Below are positions 20,791 through 33,915 of a stretch of DNA of 64,000 bases, piece after piece. Every line of letters begins with the position of its first letter. Within the stretch, counting starts at the first letter, position 1. The position numbers and the translations under genes were made by a program. The notes under the pieces are model-generated. The model was not told the origin of the DNA. It did no database searches and was given only the letters and a program-made list of their open reading frames with translations. This DNA is from the human T2T-CHM13v2.0 reference genome, Homo sapiens. The stretch lies in the NCBI RefSeq assembly GCF_009914755.1, contig NC_060932.1, one strand, 5' to 3'.

Positions 20791-21736
20791 TTGGAGGGTC
20801 CCCGTGGAGGTCTAAAGGTATCTATTCATGCATCTGGAGGGATCACATCTGATATCAACACAGTGGGAAAGAATAAACTAAGCCAGGAAGCATTTATGAT
20901 CCTTTGGATTGTCTTCTCTTTCATGAAAAGAAAGCTCCTTTCGAAAGCCATTCTGCACACGTCAAGCATCTGAAACTACAATTGAACATCTGCCTTTATG
21001 GAATATCTAATAGTTTGACTATCATTTCATTGGGCTTTATGATTTACATAAAACCCTATTGTGGATAATGCAATAATCTTAGCTTCTCTGAACTGAAATG
21101 TTGATTGATCAATTGCCTGTGGGAAACTTTGGGTATTAGAAGAAAGCTTGTGGTGTTGGAGAGTGTGGCTGCTTGGTGACTCAGGAACAACAGAGTAAAC
21201 GCCTGTTTACTCATGTCTGTGACATTTACCGCTCAACTTCTGAATTCCTGAAAGAGAAAGAGAGAAAAGACAAATAGGAAAAAGAGAGAGAGATTAAGTC
21301 TAATTTAAAGTCCGCCCTTGTGAACTTTTCTATTCCTATTTGTTGTCCCTACCCACCTCCTGTTACACTGTCCATCAGGTAAGGGGATCAGAGTAGAATA
21401 GCACTCTGGGCGCACGGTGGGAGGCTAAGCAACAACGTCTGGTCATAAACACTGAAACATGAAGTTCTGGCATTTCATAAAAGATGACAAAATCCAGGCT
21501 GCAAAATATTTAAGAAACTGTAATGAACCCAGTTTTGGAAATGTCTTGTTAAAAAAATCCCGTAACATTCTCATTCTCACTCTTGCTTATTACATATTGA
21601 AAAATCAAGGGGTTATTTAGCACATATTCATTCATTTAACCTTCCTTCATTCACCAGAAGTTTTTTGAGCACTTACTATGTGTAGGGTAATATGCATGCA
21701 ACCATGTTAAAGATGTTTTTACAAAAAGAATTTTAG

Positions 21737-22071
<335 letters not shown>

Positions 22072-22169
22072 AAAGCATATATTGTAAATACATAGGAAAA
22101 TTTCAATTCCCACTTATATAATTCTTGGTCACTGTAAGTGATTGAAATGAATAAAGAAATAAGATATAG

Positions 22170-22758
22170 GCCCTTTTCACAAGATGGTACTGAAGGCAAA
22201 AAGAAATGTTCCTGCCCCTCCTAATGCTTTGAAGGCCAAGGAGGCAGTGCTGAAATGTGTCCACAGTCACACGCAGACACAAAAGAAAATGCACACCTAA
22301 CGCACATTCCTGTGGTCCAAGACAGCATGATTCCAGAGGCAGCCCAAATGCTCTTGGAAGAGCACCCCCAGGAGCAACAAGCTTGACCACCATGCCATCC
22401 TCAGACAGACCACTGAGTCTGTCATGAAGAAGACAGAAGATGATAACACACTTGCACACTTGCGTTCATTGTGGATGGTCAAGCCAATAAGCACCAGATC
22501 AAACCAGCTGTGAAGAAGCTGTATGACATGGACGTGGCCAAGGTCAACACCCTGATCAGGTGTGACAGAGAGAAGAAGGCATATGTTGAACTGCCTCCTG
22601 ATTACGATGCTTTAGATGTTGCCGGCAAAATTGGGATTATCTAAACTGGGTCTGGCTGGATAATTCTAAATATGTATAGATAAAATCTAGATCTATACAT
22701 ATCTATATATATTTTATATATATACATACATATAAAATATTTTCACCAGAAATAAAGC
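22170..22758 (+). pseudogene. RPL23A: Full-length processed pseudogene of ribosomal protein L23a (uL23)
   Basis: 5' leader cccttttcacaag, ATG at 22184; LKAKEAVLKCVHSH...RNKLDHHAI...[15 protein letters not shown]...[55 protein letters not shown] (TAA 22642-22644); intronless with indels; 15-bp TSD agaaataagatatag at 22155-22169 and 22759-22773. Symbol refers to the parent gene. Confidence 0.96.
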
Positions 22759-23572
22759 AGAAATAAGATATAGAAATACTATATATTTTCTGATACTAAT
22801 TTTTCGAATATGGTCAATATACTAAATATAAACGGTGAGATTTTTGAATAAATATGAAAGCATTCAATGTTCTCATAATATTAAGTGTAAAACCAAACGT
22901 TTATTTCTCCTATTAGTGTTGTTCATATGGATAATAAGATATGAAGTTTAGCTTTGCATTCCTCATTTGGTAATCATCCCAATGTAAAGAAAGGGTGTAA
23001 GGTTGCTAGTAACTCAGTTTCATGGCTGGCATGCAACTCAACTTCTTCATTATGGTTCACATTCATACTTAGCAAATGGGGCAAAATGTAAATGTACATA
23101 CTAGAGCCAACCATTAAATTCTACAATGTGATTTTCGCAAAGATCAACAAGGATGGAAACGAAACCCGCTCTTCCCCCCTCACACCCACAGCCACTGCCA
23201 CCACAGGAGTGCACTGCAAACCAATGCAGTCAGTTACATCCTGGTGAAAAACTATTGAGAGAAAAGGAAATAAGCGCATGTTCTTCTCCACTGTAAATCC
23301 CGATGCACTATTCACACCTCATGTGGATTGCACATAGCCCTAATCAAGGTGCTTCTGACACCTACTTTACTTCAAGTGCCCTCTGATACTTCATGTCAAA
23401 GCTGGCTTCATTTACCTAATTAACAACTGTATAAAATCATTGAATACTTATGTCAAACCAAACTATCCAAAATTGCCCTTATATCTTATGATTAAATTCT
23501 GGAGCCCACCTTCTGCTGTCTCCACCATGACTTATTATGTTAAGTATGTGTGCCAACAAAACCTGCCCTGAG

Positions 23573-23882
<310 letters not shown>

Positions 23883-24779
23883 TTAGTGCCCTGACATCGC
23901 TTGTCCCCTGCACTCCATTCAGATTTGAACAGATGTGCTTCACTTCTCAGATCTAGTGAACTCTGCTGAGGTCCCCACAGACTTGGGACACCATTGTATT
24001 AAGGAGAAAAATTTAGAAAGCAATAAAGGAGCTAACTCTCCATTTATATTTTTAATTAATTATTACAGACCCAAAGAGACGTCCAATTGTTGCAGTTGAA
24101 GAGAACTTTCTGAATCAAAAGTAAAGCCAGATTCAATTATTTAGGTGGTCCACGGCTGTTGAATTTGTTAAGTGCTAAAAGCATACTTCTTTATGATGAC
24201 TGACTCAAATAGTTCTTTCTCATACATAAAACAAATTTAATGCGTTTATTCCATTTCTTTATTTTTTTCAGATTTCTTTTCCACTTACCTACACGATAGG
24301 ACATTTAGAGCCAGTTGTTGAAGTCTAATGGATTGACTGAGATTGTTCCATCTTACTCTTTTTAGAGGCAAACAAAGAGGATCAATCAAACTTCTAATCT
24401 TGAATTCCGCATTTGCATAAAGAACTCTGGGGAGTATCGTCCACTGTCAATAGCAGGAGGTATGAACTTATTTTCACAATAATCAGATGACAGTAAGTTA
24501 TACTGCCTGCATTTCCAGAGCACTCCAGGATGGTTTTTAAATGCCCATCTTTGAACTCCATTGATTAGCTAATAAAAATTAAGGTTCAGGAATATCAATG
24601 CAATCCTTAGTATGAAAACCTACATGAGACCAGCATGTACATGGATGGGAGCTATGAACTTACTAAAAAGAATGAGGAAAATCTCTCTGGTGCATTGTGA
24701 CAGGTGCAACTTCATTTCCCTTCTTTCTGAATTCTTGTTTGTCTTTCAAATCAAGGGAAGAAATGTGGATTTGGACTGG

Positions 24780-24910
24780 AAAGCAGGTTTAAATCTGTTT
24801 GACTTCAGATGATTAACCTTAGACCTCAGATACTCAATTTCTGACAAACACATGGTTAATAAACACTTTACAAGAGTTGTTGATGTAATAGTAAGGTGCT
24901 TATACAATCA
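24780..24910 (+). mobile_element. MIR fragment
   Basis: ggtttaaatctg...gattaacctt...ctcaatttctg...taatagtaaggtgcttatacaat; degenerate MIR core. Confidence 0.45.
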
Positions 24911-25137
24911 CCTTGACATTAATAAAGTCTAATGCAAATGTGTTTGTGTTCGTGTGTGTGTGTGTAATACGAAGAACACTTTTGAAAGAGAGGTTTCATA
25001 CTTTGCTCACTGTGGCCCTACAGACCACCAAATGTAATGATGGATGTGGACCACCAAGGCTCCCTGTTTCCTGTTTCCAGCTCCTAATCATTTATCAGCT
25101 GTGTCCCCTCTTGAACCCTCGTGAAAAGGCAGAACAC

Positions 25138-25449
25138 GACTGGGAGCAGTGGCTCACGCCTGTAGTCCCAGCACTTTGGGAGGCTGATCCTGGCAGATCA
25201 TGAGGCCAGGAATTTGAGATCAGCCTGCCCAGCATGGTGAAGCCCTGTCTCTACTAAAAATACAAAGAGATTAGCTGGGCATGTTGGCAAGTGCCTGTAA
25301 TCCTAGCTACTTAGGAGGCTGAGGCAGGAGAATTGCTTGAATTTAGGAGGCAGATGTTGCAGTGAGTTGAGATTGTGCCACTGCACTCTAGTCTGGAAGA
25401 CAGAGTGAGACTCCGTCTCATAAAAAATTTAAAAAAAAGAAAGAAAAAG
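25138..25449 (+). mobile_element. Alu (AluSg-like)
   Basis: Full dimer; TSD aaaggcagaa(c/t)ac at 25125-25137 and 25450-25462. Confidence 0.94.
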
Positions 25450-27819
25450 AAAGGCAGAATACAGTAATGATGAAGGAGCTAGACACAATATCTTTATTTT
25501 GCAGCTGAGTTTAGAGAGAATTAATCACAGTTTTTTGAGACTTAAGTTGACTAGTATGTGCGTAGTACATAGAAAAGTATCTAGCACATAAACACTCAGT
25601 ACCTGCTAGCTCTTATATCTTCATTGTCAGAATCTCAGTTCACCATCTAATCACTTATCACTATTAGGGATCGTTGTGATAATCTCCTAGCTGGAGTCAG
25701 TACCATCAGTCTTGGCTTGCAAGACTTCTTAGTGAAATTAACAGTCTTGGATTTATTTTATGCTTTGCTAGACTTAGTCCTTTTGACTGCAGTATGATAA
25801 GTATTAGGGTGGTAGTTATGCTTACTCATTCTCTTAGAGTTATACTCTACTTAAATAAATGCATACGTTGAGTATATAGCTCTTCTTTCTAGAAATAATA
25901 GCCATTGCTGTCTTCATTCATTTTTCTGTCTGAATTCTTTAGTGCTCAATGTAACAAAACTATGACACTCAGCTGAACTAATACCTGTTAAGTTCTCTTT
26001 TTATTATTAACATCAAATAGCATTACTACAAGTGTAAGAATGAAAGATAGTCAAGCTAATGTATCTTACAGAGTAAAAGCTAGGTTTATACTTCATTTTT
26101 ATCTAACTTTGGTATTTAGGCCAATGTTTTCCGCTTCATTTGCTTTCCCTTGCGTATATAAAAATTAAATTTTGGTTACATTTGGTTCTACAAATAGCAC
26201 CTTGAAGACATTGCTACATAGCTGCTCATTCTCTGTACCTGGGGAACTCTGGAATCAGTGAATATTAAATAGAAGCTCAGAAATCTAGAGTGAGAAGCAT
26301 CCTCAGAAACCATTTCATTCAATTCCTTTTTTTTTACACCGGGGATAATCAAGTCCCAGAATGATAACCTCATAGAGCTCTTTTCGAGGCTTCCAAAGAA
26401 TGCAGCTCCATGATGACTCCTCGCTGGCCCTTCTACCATCCTGTCCACGTCCCGTTTTTACCTGTGGAAGGCATTTGTCAGGAACTCGAGCTCAGTCATT
26501 CAAAAGATTGCTAAATGTCACTGTACACAATGTATTATCAGGGCCTTTCGTAGAAACACAATAGTAGCTCTCTTTAATGCATTTGTTATTTTGTTTATAT
26601 TTTATAAGCATGAAATCTGTTAACTCATAATGCGGTTGTATGCCAATTTTTTAAAAATCTGTATGTAAAATGGACATGTACACAGCACTACATGTTTTCT
26701 TTTAAAATTAAGGACTATGACATACTAGACTGATATAATATTAAAATTAGAGATGGCATTACAGATCATCAGCTCAACCTTCGCCTTTACCTCAGTAGCC
26801 TCGTTTATAAAATAAGGACAATGTGATTTGTTACAGATCTTAGAGTAGAAACCAAAAAAGATGGGTGGGGACAAAAAAATTGCTGAGGACAAACGAACAG
26901 AACAAAGGGAGTGGCAATACTGCATTGGTTAAAAGATACTCTAAATCCGCTGCAGAACTGCAAGAAAAACAAAAGGTTTCAATGCACATACTCATAAAGC
27001 AATCCTAAATCCTCATAGCCATGAAATGTATATCACATTTTCAGTCCAATTACAGTCTTGCAAATGCCATTTTAAAAATAGCCCTAAACAATAAAATAAT
27101 ATTAAGATTTTTCCCCCAACATTTGATATAAAAATAAATAAAGGAAAAAACGTCCTATTTCTCTTCATTCCTTTTCTGCTACACAGTGTAGTATCAGTAA
27201 GAACGCACAGTAATATTCATTCATTATTATTAGTGCATTTTTATTCAGAATAACCAGTCACCAGTGCATTGGAGCTACAACAGGAAACAATTGTGAATCC
27301 TTGTTTTAGAAAGTTATGCATCTGTCAACATTAATCTCTGCTGAGATTTGGATTTTAAATAAAGCTTTTATGAAGTCTGAAGTTAAATATAAAAAAGGAG
27401 GTTCTAAATTCATTCTTATTTAAAGATTCACTAAAGGCAAAGGCATGTGTTTTTCCAGATGGTAAAATTCCAAACACCACTCTGTGCTCTTCCTCACTAC
27501 GTTCTCGAATTTTTTTTTCAAAATGTTTTGAAAAAGTCACAGTGACTCTTCAAACAGCAGAAATTCAGCCCCACGAGTTGTTTCTGGTGCTTCCCTGATG
27601 AAATTCCAGTTGGTTCTAGTGGTTTTAGAATGAGTTTTTAAAGCATTTGTTAAAATTCACTCTGAAATGAAATGTATTCCTCCTCCTGGAGTTTTGTCTT
27701 CCCTGCCTGGAACACTGGAATAAATAAGTGTTGCCTCCTCTTGTGAAGTGCATGATATTATGACCTTCAGTCATCACCTGGGTATTCATGGAGTTAGAAT
27801 ATCTGCAAATAATTAGCTA

Positions 27820-28212
27820 AAGAAAATGGAGTATAGATATACCATGGAATACAACTCAGCCACAGAAAATGAAATCACGTCTCTTGCAGCAACCAGGATG
27901 TAACTGGAGCCCATTATCTTCAGTGAAATAACTCAGAAACAGAAATTCAAATACTGCATGTTCTCACTTATACGCGGAAGCTAAATCATGTGTCCACATG
28001 TACACACCATGGAAAAAATGGACATTGGAGACTTGGAAAGGTGGGAGGGTGGGAGGAGGGTGAGGAATGAGAAATTAACTATTGGGTGCAATGTACACGA
28101 TGTCAGTGATGGTCAAACGAAAACCCCAGACTTCACCACTGCACAATATATCCATGTAGCAAAACTGCACTTGTACCCACTAAATCTATAAAAATTGAAA
28201 TTAAAATAAATT
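27820..28212 (+). mobile_element. L1MA1-4-type 3' end
   Basis: accatggaatacaactcagcc...ggacattggagacttggaaaggtgggagggtgggagg...cccagacttcaccactgcacaatatatccatgtagcaaaactgcacttgtaccc. Confidence 0.88.
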
Positions 28213-30509
28213 TTAAAATTATCTGCCAAGAGAGAACAACTGGCAACAATTTAGTAAAAATGTAGCATTCTCTTCCTTCTGATTAAAAAAAAAAAGTGTG
28301 ATAGAATGTGATGAATAGATCAGAACTGCTATTTTATGCAAAGGAAAACTGACCCTTCCTCTAAGATGTCTTGCATTTAGTTATCTCGGTTGAATCTTCT
28401 AATCTCTTTTTTTTAAGGATTTCATCAGCATATACTATAAAGCATGACATTATTTGGGGGACAGAAAACTGAGGACCAGACAGCAAACCCAGTGGAGATA
28501 GGTGAGTGGGATAAAAAGTTCAAAGTATGCTAGCTGCATCTTACATCCTCTGAAGAGAAGTTGAGAAGGCCAGGAAAACTAGTGCTTTGCCATTAATTAT
28601 TGACAAGACATCTTAAGAGGGTTGCCTCCATAAGGTCTATTGATTCCTCATTTGGAACAGACATGTTTTATTTCTTGTGCGTCACCAGCTATTCTAGTAT
28701 TAAGGTTGCTCTCTGATTTGCTTTGGCTCTGACAATAGTTGACCATTAAAACAAAGATTCAGAATTGTGGCCACTATCCAAAGGATTCAGTGACTTTAGA
28801 AAACACTGCTCTGTATAAATTTACCAAAAGAAAATGTTTTGAAGAGAGATGTAAAGTTGGGATTAATTTTTTCTGCAAATGGCTTATAAAATGGTACATA
28901 AAATGAAAGACAAATGATTTAAATTTATATTTTCATATCCCAGAGTTAAACATGTCAGTGCCTCTCACCATCCAGTAAAATGCGTGTGTAATTCTTATTA
29001 GGGTGGACATGGACTGAGCACAAATATTGACAAGCTACTGCAAAACTGTGCAAGGAATATCTTCTCTTAAATTTACAGAAACTAAACAGAAAGAAGTAAA
29101 TCAGAGGCTTTACCTCATGAAAGAAAAACCATGCTCAGCACACACAGTATAAAAACCATCCATCTCCCTGCTTCCATGGCAGGCGCTCATCCTACGGAGA
29201 TCCAGGTTCTTTGCTGGACAGAAGGCTCATTGAGCATCCCGTCTTTGCACATGTGCTAGTGTTTGAACTGTGTGGACCATTCCCATAGCTGTTTCTCCCA
29301 TAAGTGTAAATGCACTGCAGTGGTGGAAGTCTCAAAATACAACCGCAGATGAGGAAGGTAAGAGAAAGGACTGTACAAAAGTAGAAATTCTCATGGCAAA
29401 CCGGCAAAGCCTTCTTTAGGCAATGTTTTCACCCCAGCTGAGAGAAGACACTTGTCCTTGGATGGAAGCACAGCAAGTCACGTACAGCTTGTAGATCTAA
29501 GGAATCTGAAACTATAGCATGGACTGTCACCGAAACCAGAAACAACTGTTGCCTTGTGACTGTGAAGAAAATATCACTCCTGGAAATCATTAAAGAAATA
29601 GTAAACTTCGGATGGTGGGAGGGATAAATAAGTGAATAAATCAGATAACAGAATAATATAGAATTTAAAACAAAGTAGTGATAACTCTAAAATATGAAGT
29701 CAAAAGCCAGAACACTACTTAAAAGTCACAGAAAATCAGACAAATTCAGCATCCCCTTTAGTAATCAATATAAATAACAAAATCAAATAATAGTTCTTGC
29801 AGAATTTCTTAGATATAATGGAAGAAAAACTAAAATAGTTTCTAATAATCTGTGGGTGTGTTTAAGAGTTTGTCTTGCTTTAAGACAATGTAAATATATT
29901 GTTAGATAAATAAGTACTCAGAAAACATACTCATGTTTTTCATGTAAAAATAGTACTTGGAGATATCTTTCGTTTCATAAACATAAAAACAAAAGATCAC
30001 AATGTTAAAGTTCTTTATGAAATGTTTGGCAGTAATATTGAAATCAGGAAAGCATAAGAAATCAGAAAGATTTTTGAAAATATTCTTTGCATACTTAATG
30101 TATAAGGCTTTTGTTTCCTAATAGGTGATCATTTAGCATGGGGAGCTGACTGGCTTCCTTAGTCCTACTGTTGGCAGCTACGGAGCTGAGTATAAGGATG
30201 ACGACTCCATAGCACTAACACAGAAAGCTGGGTAGAGCGCTGAGCAGAAAAGTCCCTTGGTTTCCAGGAAATTAAACCACAGATAAATAGGCAATGATAG
30301 TTAAAGATTTTAAAAATATTATCTAGAAAACTGACAAATCAAACTGACCAAATATATATATACACATATGCATACAAATATTTGAGCAATGAAATTAAAG
30401 GTATATATTTTATGCATATATAATATATGACACGTGTGCATGTGTTTATGCGTGTAGATATGTAAATAGATATACATATATGCATATGGGTCTACACAGG
30501 CAAATAATT

Positions 30510-30792
30510 TTTTTTTTTTTTTTTTTTTTTGAGACTGAGTCATGCTCTGTCACCCAGGCTGGAGTGCAATGGCGCAATCTCAGCCAGGTTCAAGCAATTT
30601 TCCTGCCTCAGCCTCCTGAGTAGCTGGGATTACATTTGCCCGCCACCGCGCCAGATTAACTTTTGCATTTTTAGTAGAGATGGGGTTTCGCCATGTTGGT
30701 CAGGCTGCTCTTGAACTCCTGACCTCAGGTGATCCGCCCGCCTCGGCCTCCCAAAGTGTTGGGATTACAAGCGTGAGCCACCGTGTCTGGTC
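30510..30792 (-). mobile_element. Alu (AluSq/Sx-like) with a ~20-nt internal deletion
   Basis: T-tail at 30508-30530; ctcagc joins directly to caggttcaagc; TSD caaataatt at 30501-30509 and 30793-30801. Confidence 0.94.
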
Positions 30793-30799
30793 AAATAAT

Positions 30800-33430
30800 T
30801 GAAAACCCAATGGATAATACTATTATTTTTGACTGTATGAGAAACATTGACAAATATAATGCTGTATTGAGCAGCAAAGAGTGTCTCTAATTCTAAAGAA
30901 TCGCCATTATATAGAACATGATCTCTCACTTTTAATGTCACTAGCAAGAGAGATTTTGTAAAAAGTCATATGTTTAGAAACCAACTTAGATGCTACTGTA
31001 AAACCCTAGGATTCAAGAAAAAATATGTAAAAAATTATGAAATATCTAAAACTAGGATACAGTAAAAGTGCACAAAAATGTGATACTAAAGCAGCTTTTA
31101 ACAGGAAATCTATAACTTGAAATAAATTTTTCAGAAAAATTGAATGAAAAAATAAAAGAATGGACAAATTATTCACCAAAAAAACTAGAATAGGAATTAT
31201 ATAATCAACCGAAAGAATGAAGCAAGGTTGTAATAAAAATTAAAGAAGAAAACTGTGAAGTAAAGGACATAATTATGAACGAAAGTGGTAACACAGTAGA
31301 CAAAGTTAAAAATAAGAATTTTAAACAGTACATTAATAGGAGAAAAAAATCTGGAAAGACTATTTAAGAAGAAAACAGAATATAGAAAGCAAAATATAAA
31401 ACTTTAAAAATTTCGGAATGCCAAAGAAAATAGACATGCCCAAAGTAATAAAAATAAATATCTATCAATGTATTTGAATGTATATTAATAGAAAAAATGC
31501 AAAGCAATTAAAATGCTAAAAAATCTTCATTTTATAGAAATACACTGTCTTCTTGAGGGTTACTGCTTTCAAATTTACAAAGAACATTTCAACCCTGTAT
31601 TACTAAAAAAAGTAACAATTTGTTGTGTAGTTTATGCTATTTCTTTTACACCTTAGGTAGCATCAAATTGATGTTTAAAAGAAAATAAGAAGAAAATCAT
31701 AGGCCCACCTTACTTTTAAATTTTAAATAGCTGATATTATATTTGGACTATTTTTATTTAACTCTGGATGATGAAATAGTCAAGTATATTTAAAAATGCA
31801 AGAATGCTTTAATATCAGCAAATCTGTTGATGAAATTCAAAATACTAATGAATTTATAAATCACAAGATTATCTCAAATGATACAGTAAAACGTGTTTAA
31901 ATTCAATATTTTATTATTAAAGCACAGAAAATATGGATTACTTGACAGAGGCTGCATACAAAAATATTTTTTTAAACTTACATAAACAGTTTAGAATAAC
32001 TCATATCTTTTACAAACAAAATTGAAGTGTGCTTACAATCAATGTTACTTTTTAATATAGAATTGAAGGCCCCGGCCATATGATAAAATGAAAACAAGAG
32101 GTATGAGGAAGAAGAATAATTTGATTTGCAAATGATATGATCAGCTACAGTGAAAATTTAACAGAATCAAGAAGCAGCCTCCATAAATCAATAAGGAAAT
32201 TTATCAAATCTCATGAATATATGATGAGCTTACAAAACTTAATAGTGGTTATTTATACCAGAAAATATATTGCAAGGCAAAATATCACACATACATATGA
32301 ATAATATATCTAGACGCTAACTGGCCTAGAAAAATATAAGACTTTTACATTGAAAATTAAAATTAAAGGAAAAAGAAAATATTTAAATGGAGAGATGTAC
32401 AAATTTTATGGATAGGAAAACTTAATAAAAGAAAGATGTCTATCTCAAAGCTCTTCACACTACTCTATCATTACAATGTAATTTGGATCAAAATTTCCAC
32501 TAGAGTTTTTGAAGATGTAATCATTTTTTAAATGTTGAAAGTCCACAAATAGCTATTGTGATTTTGACAAACAAGAGTGATGAGAATAAAGTTGTTCTGC
32601 CAGAGGAAGCCACATGACAAGTGTGTGGCGGTAAGAAATATTGTTGTAATGACCCTAAGCAAAACAAATGGTCAAATGGAATAGAGCAGACAGTGCAATA
32701 TGTGATCCATGTGTGCACAAACCTTGACATAAGACTTACCTGTGTCTATATGTATATAAACACATGTACACACATACATGTATACACATACATATACACA
32801 TATACATGTATACACATACATATACACATATACATGTATACACATACAACTATGTAAACTAAAATCTGAAACGCTACATTAATCATGTTGGGATAAAAGC
32901 TCTGAGTTGCAAATAAGAGTACCTACCTACCTTACATAATATTCAAAAGTAAGATTCTCATAAATTAAATATCCTCATAGAATTTACTTTTCTCATGTAA
33001 AAGCAAAAATACAAATAGAGTTGAAAAAATATCAGAGAATATCTTTATTTTATTTTGCTGGTGTAGAACCTGTTAAATGAGATCCCAGACATACAGTTCA
33101 TAAGGCAAGACACTGACTACATAAAATTTAAACTCTCTGTGGAACAAAGAAGTGGGAATTGACAGAAAATTTCCAGAAATGTTTAGTTATATCAGAAAAG
33201 CATATCAGTTAAAAATACTATAAACATCTTTAAACTAGGTGGAAGTAATATGGAAATAGTAGAAAAATGAACAAAAAATACAAGTAGACTATTCATGTTC
33301 AGGGAAACTGTAATGACTAATTTCTTCAAGTGATGGTCATTGTCTCTATTATTGAGCTAATTGAAAATTAAGGAAATACTTTTGTCCCTCAGATTGTAAA
33401 AAGTTACAAAGTTAGGTATTAGTGGATCTT
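30800..33430 (+). mobile_element. Highly decayed L1M ORF2 region (sense)
   Basis: A-rich with residual ORF2 phrases (gatttgcaaatgatatgat, taaatggagagatgtac...atggataggaaaacttaata, gtcaaatggaatagagcagacagt). Confidence 0.65.
32745..32850. repeat. (TA/CA)n low-complexity microsatellite
   Basis: Repeating tatacacatacatg-type units. Confidence 0.85.
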
Positions 33431-33476
33431 AAAGAATATACACACCAAAGACTCATAATGACTCATAAACCTCACG

Positions 33477-33915
33477 TGTAGATGAAATCCTCGGGAAACA
33501 CCCTTGCCTCCATCTGTAAGGAGCTATTTACATGAACAGCCACTGACCTATTGTTCTTCATAAATGTGAGTCCATACCCTCAACCACCTCCTTTATCTGA
33601 CTGTCATCCAACAAGCCAAGATTTCTTCTTTTCTAAATCAACCCACAGCCAGGTCCCACCAACTAGAGACCAACCCTATCTTAAAGGGATTTCCCTGTCC
33701 TGATCTGGCTTCCCACGGAAAACACAACACAGGCTCTGGCCCAGGCTGTCCTCTCACTCCTGCCCCCTCACTGAACCTGGCTCTTCCCCAGGAGGCCCTC
33801 TGTGGTGCAGTGTGTCCCTCTTGGGAAATAAGTACTGAGTAATAACTTCTTGGTCACTGGCTTTAGCCTCTTGATGTATCACTCCAGAGATTAAATCCCA
33901 GGGGTACATGTTGAT
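33477..33915 (+). mobile_element. ERVL solo LTR of the MER74/MER73/MER54 group
   Basis: ttcccacggaaaacacaacacaggctctggccc...ctgaacctggctcttcccc...taaatcccaggggtacatgtt matches recalled MER74-group U5. Confidence 0.6.

Noticed and set aside
22103-22494. Minus-strand ORFs of 118 and 65 aa
   Set aside because: Antisense shadows of the RPL23A pseudogene.
24409-24425. Octamer ATTTGCAT with a possible Sox-Oct composite
   Set aside because: The Sox half-site is a poor match and a single 8-mer is expected by chance in 64 kb.
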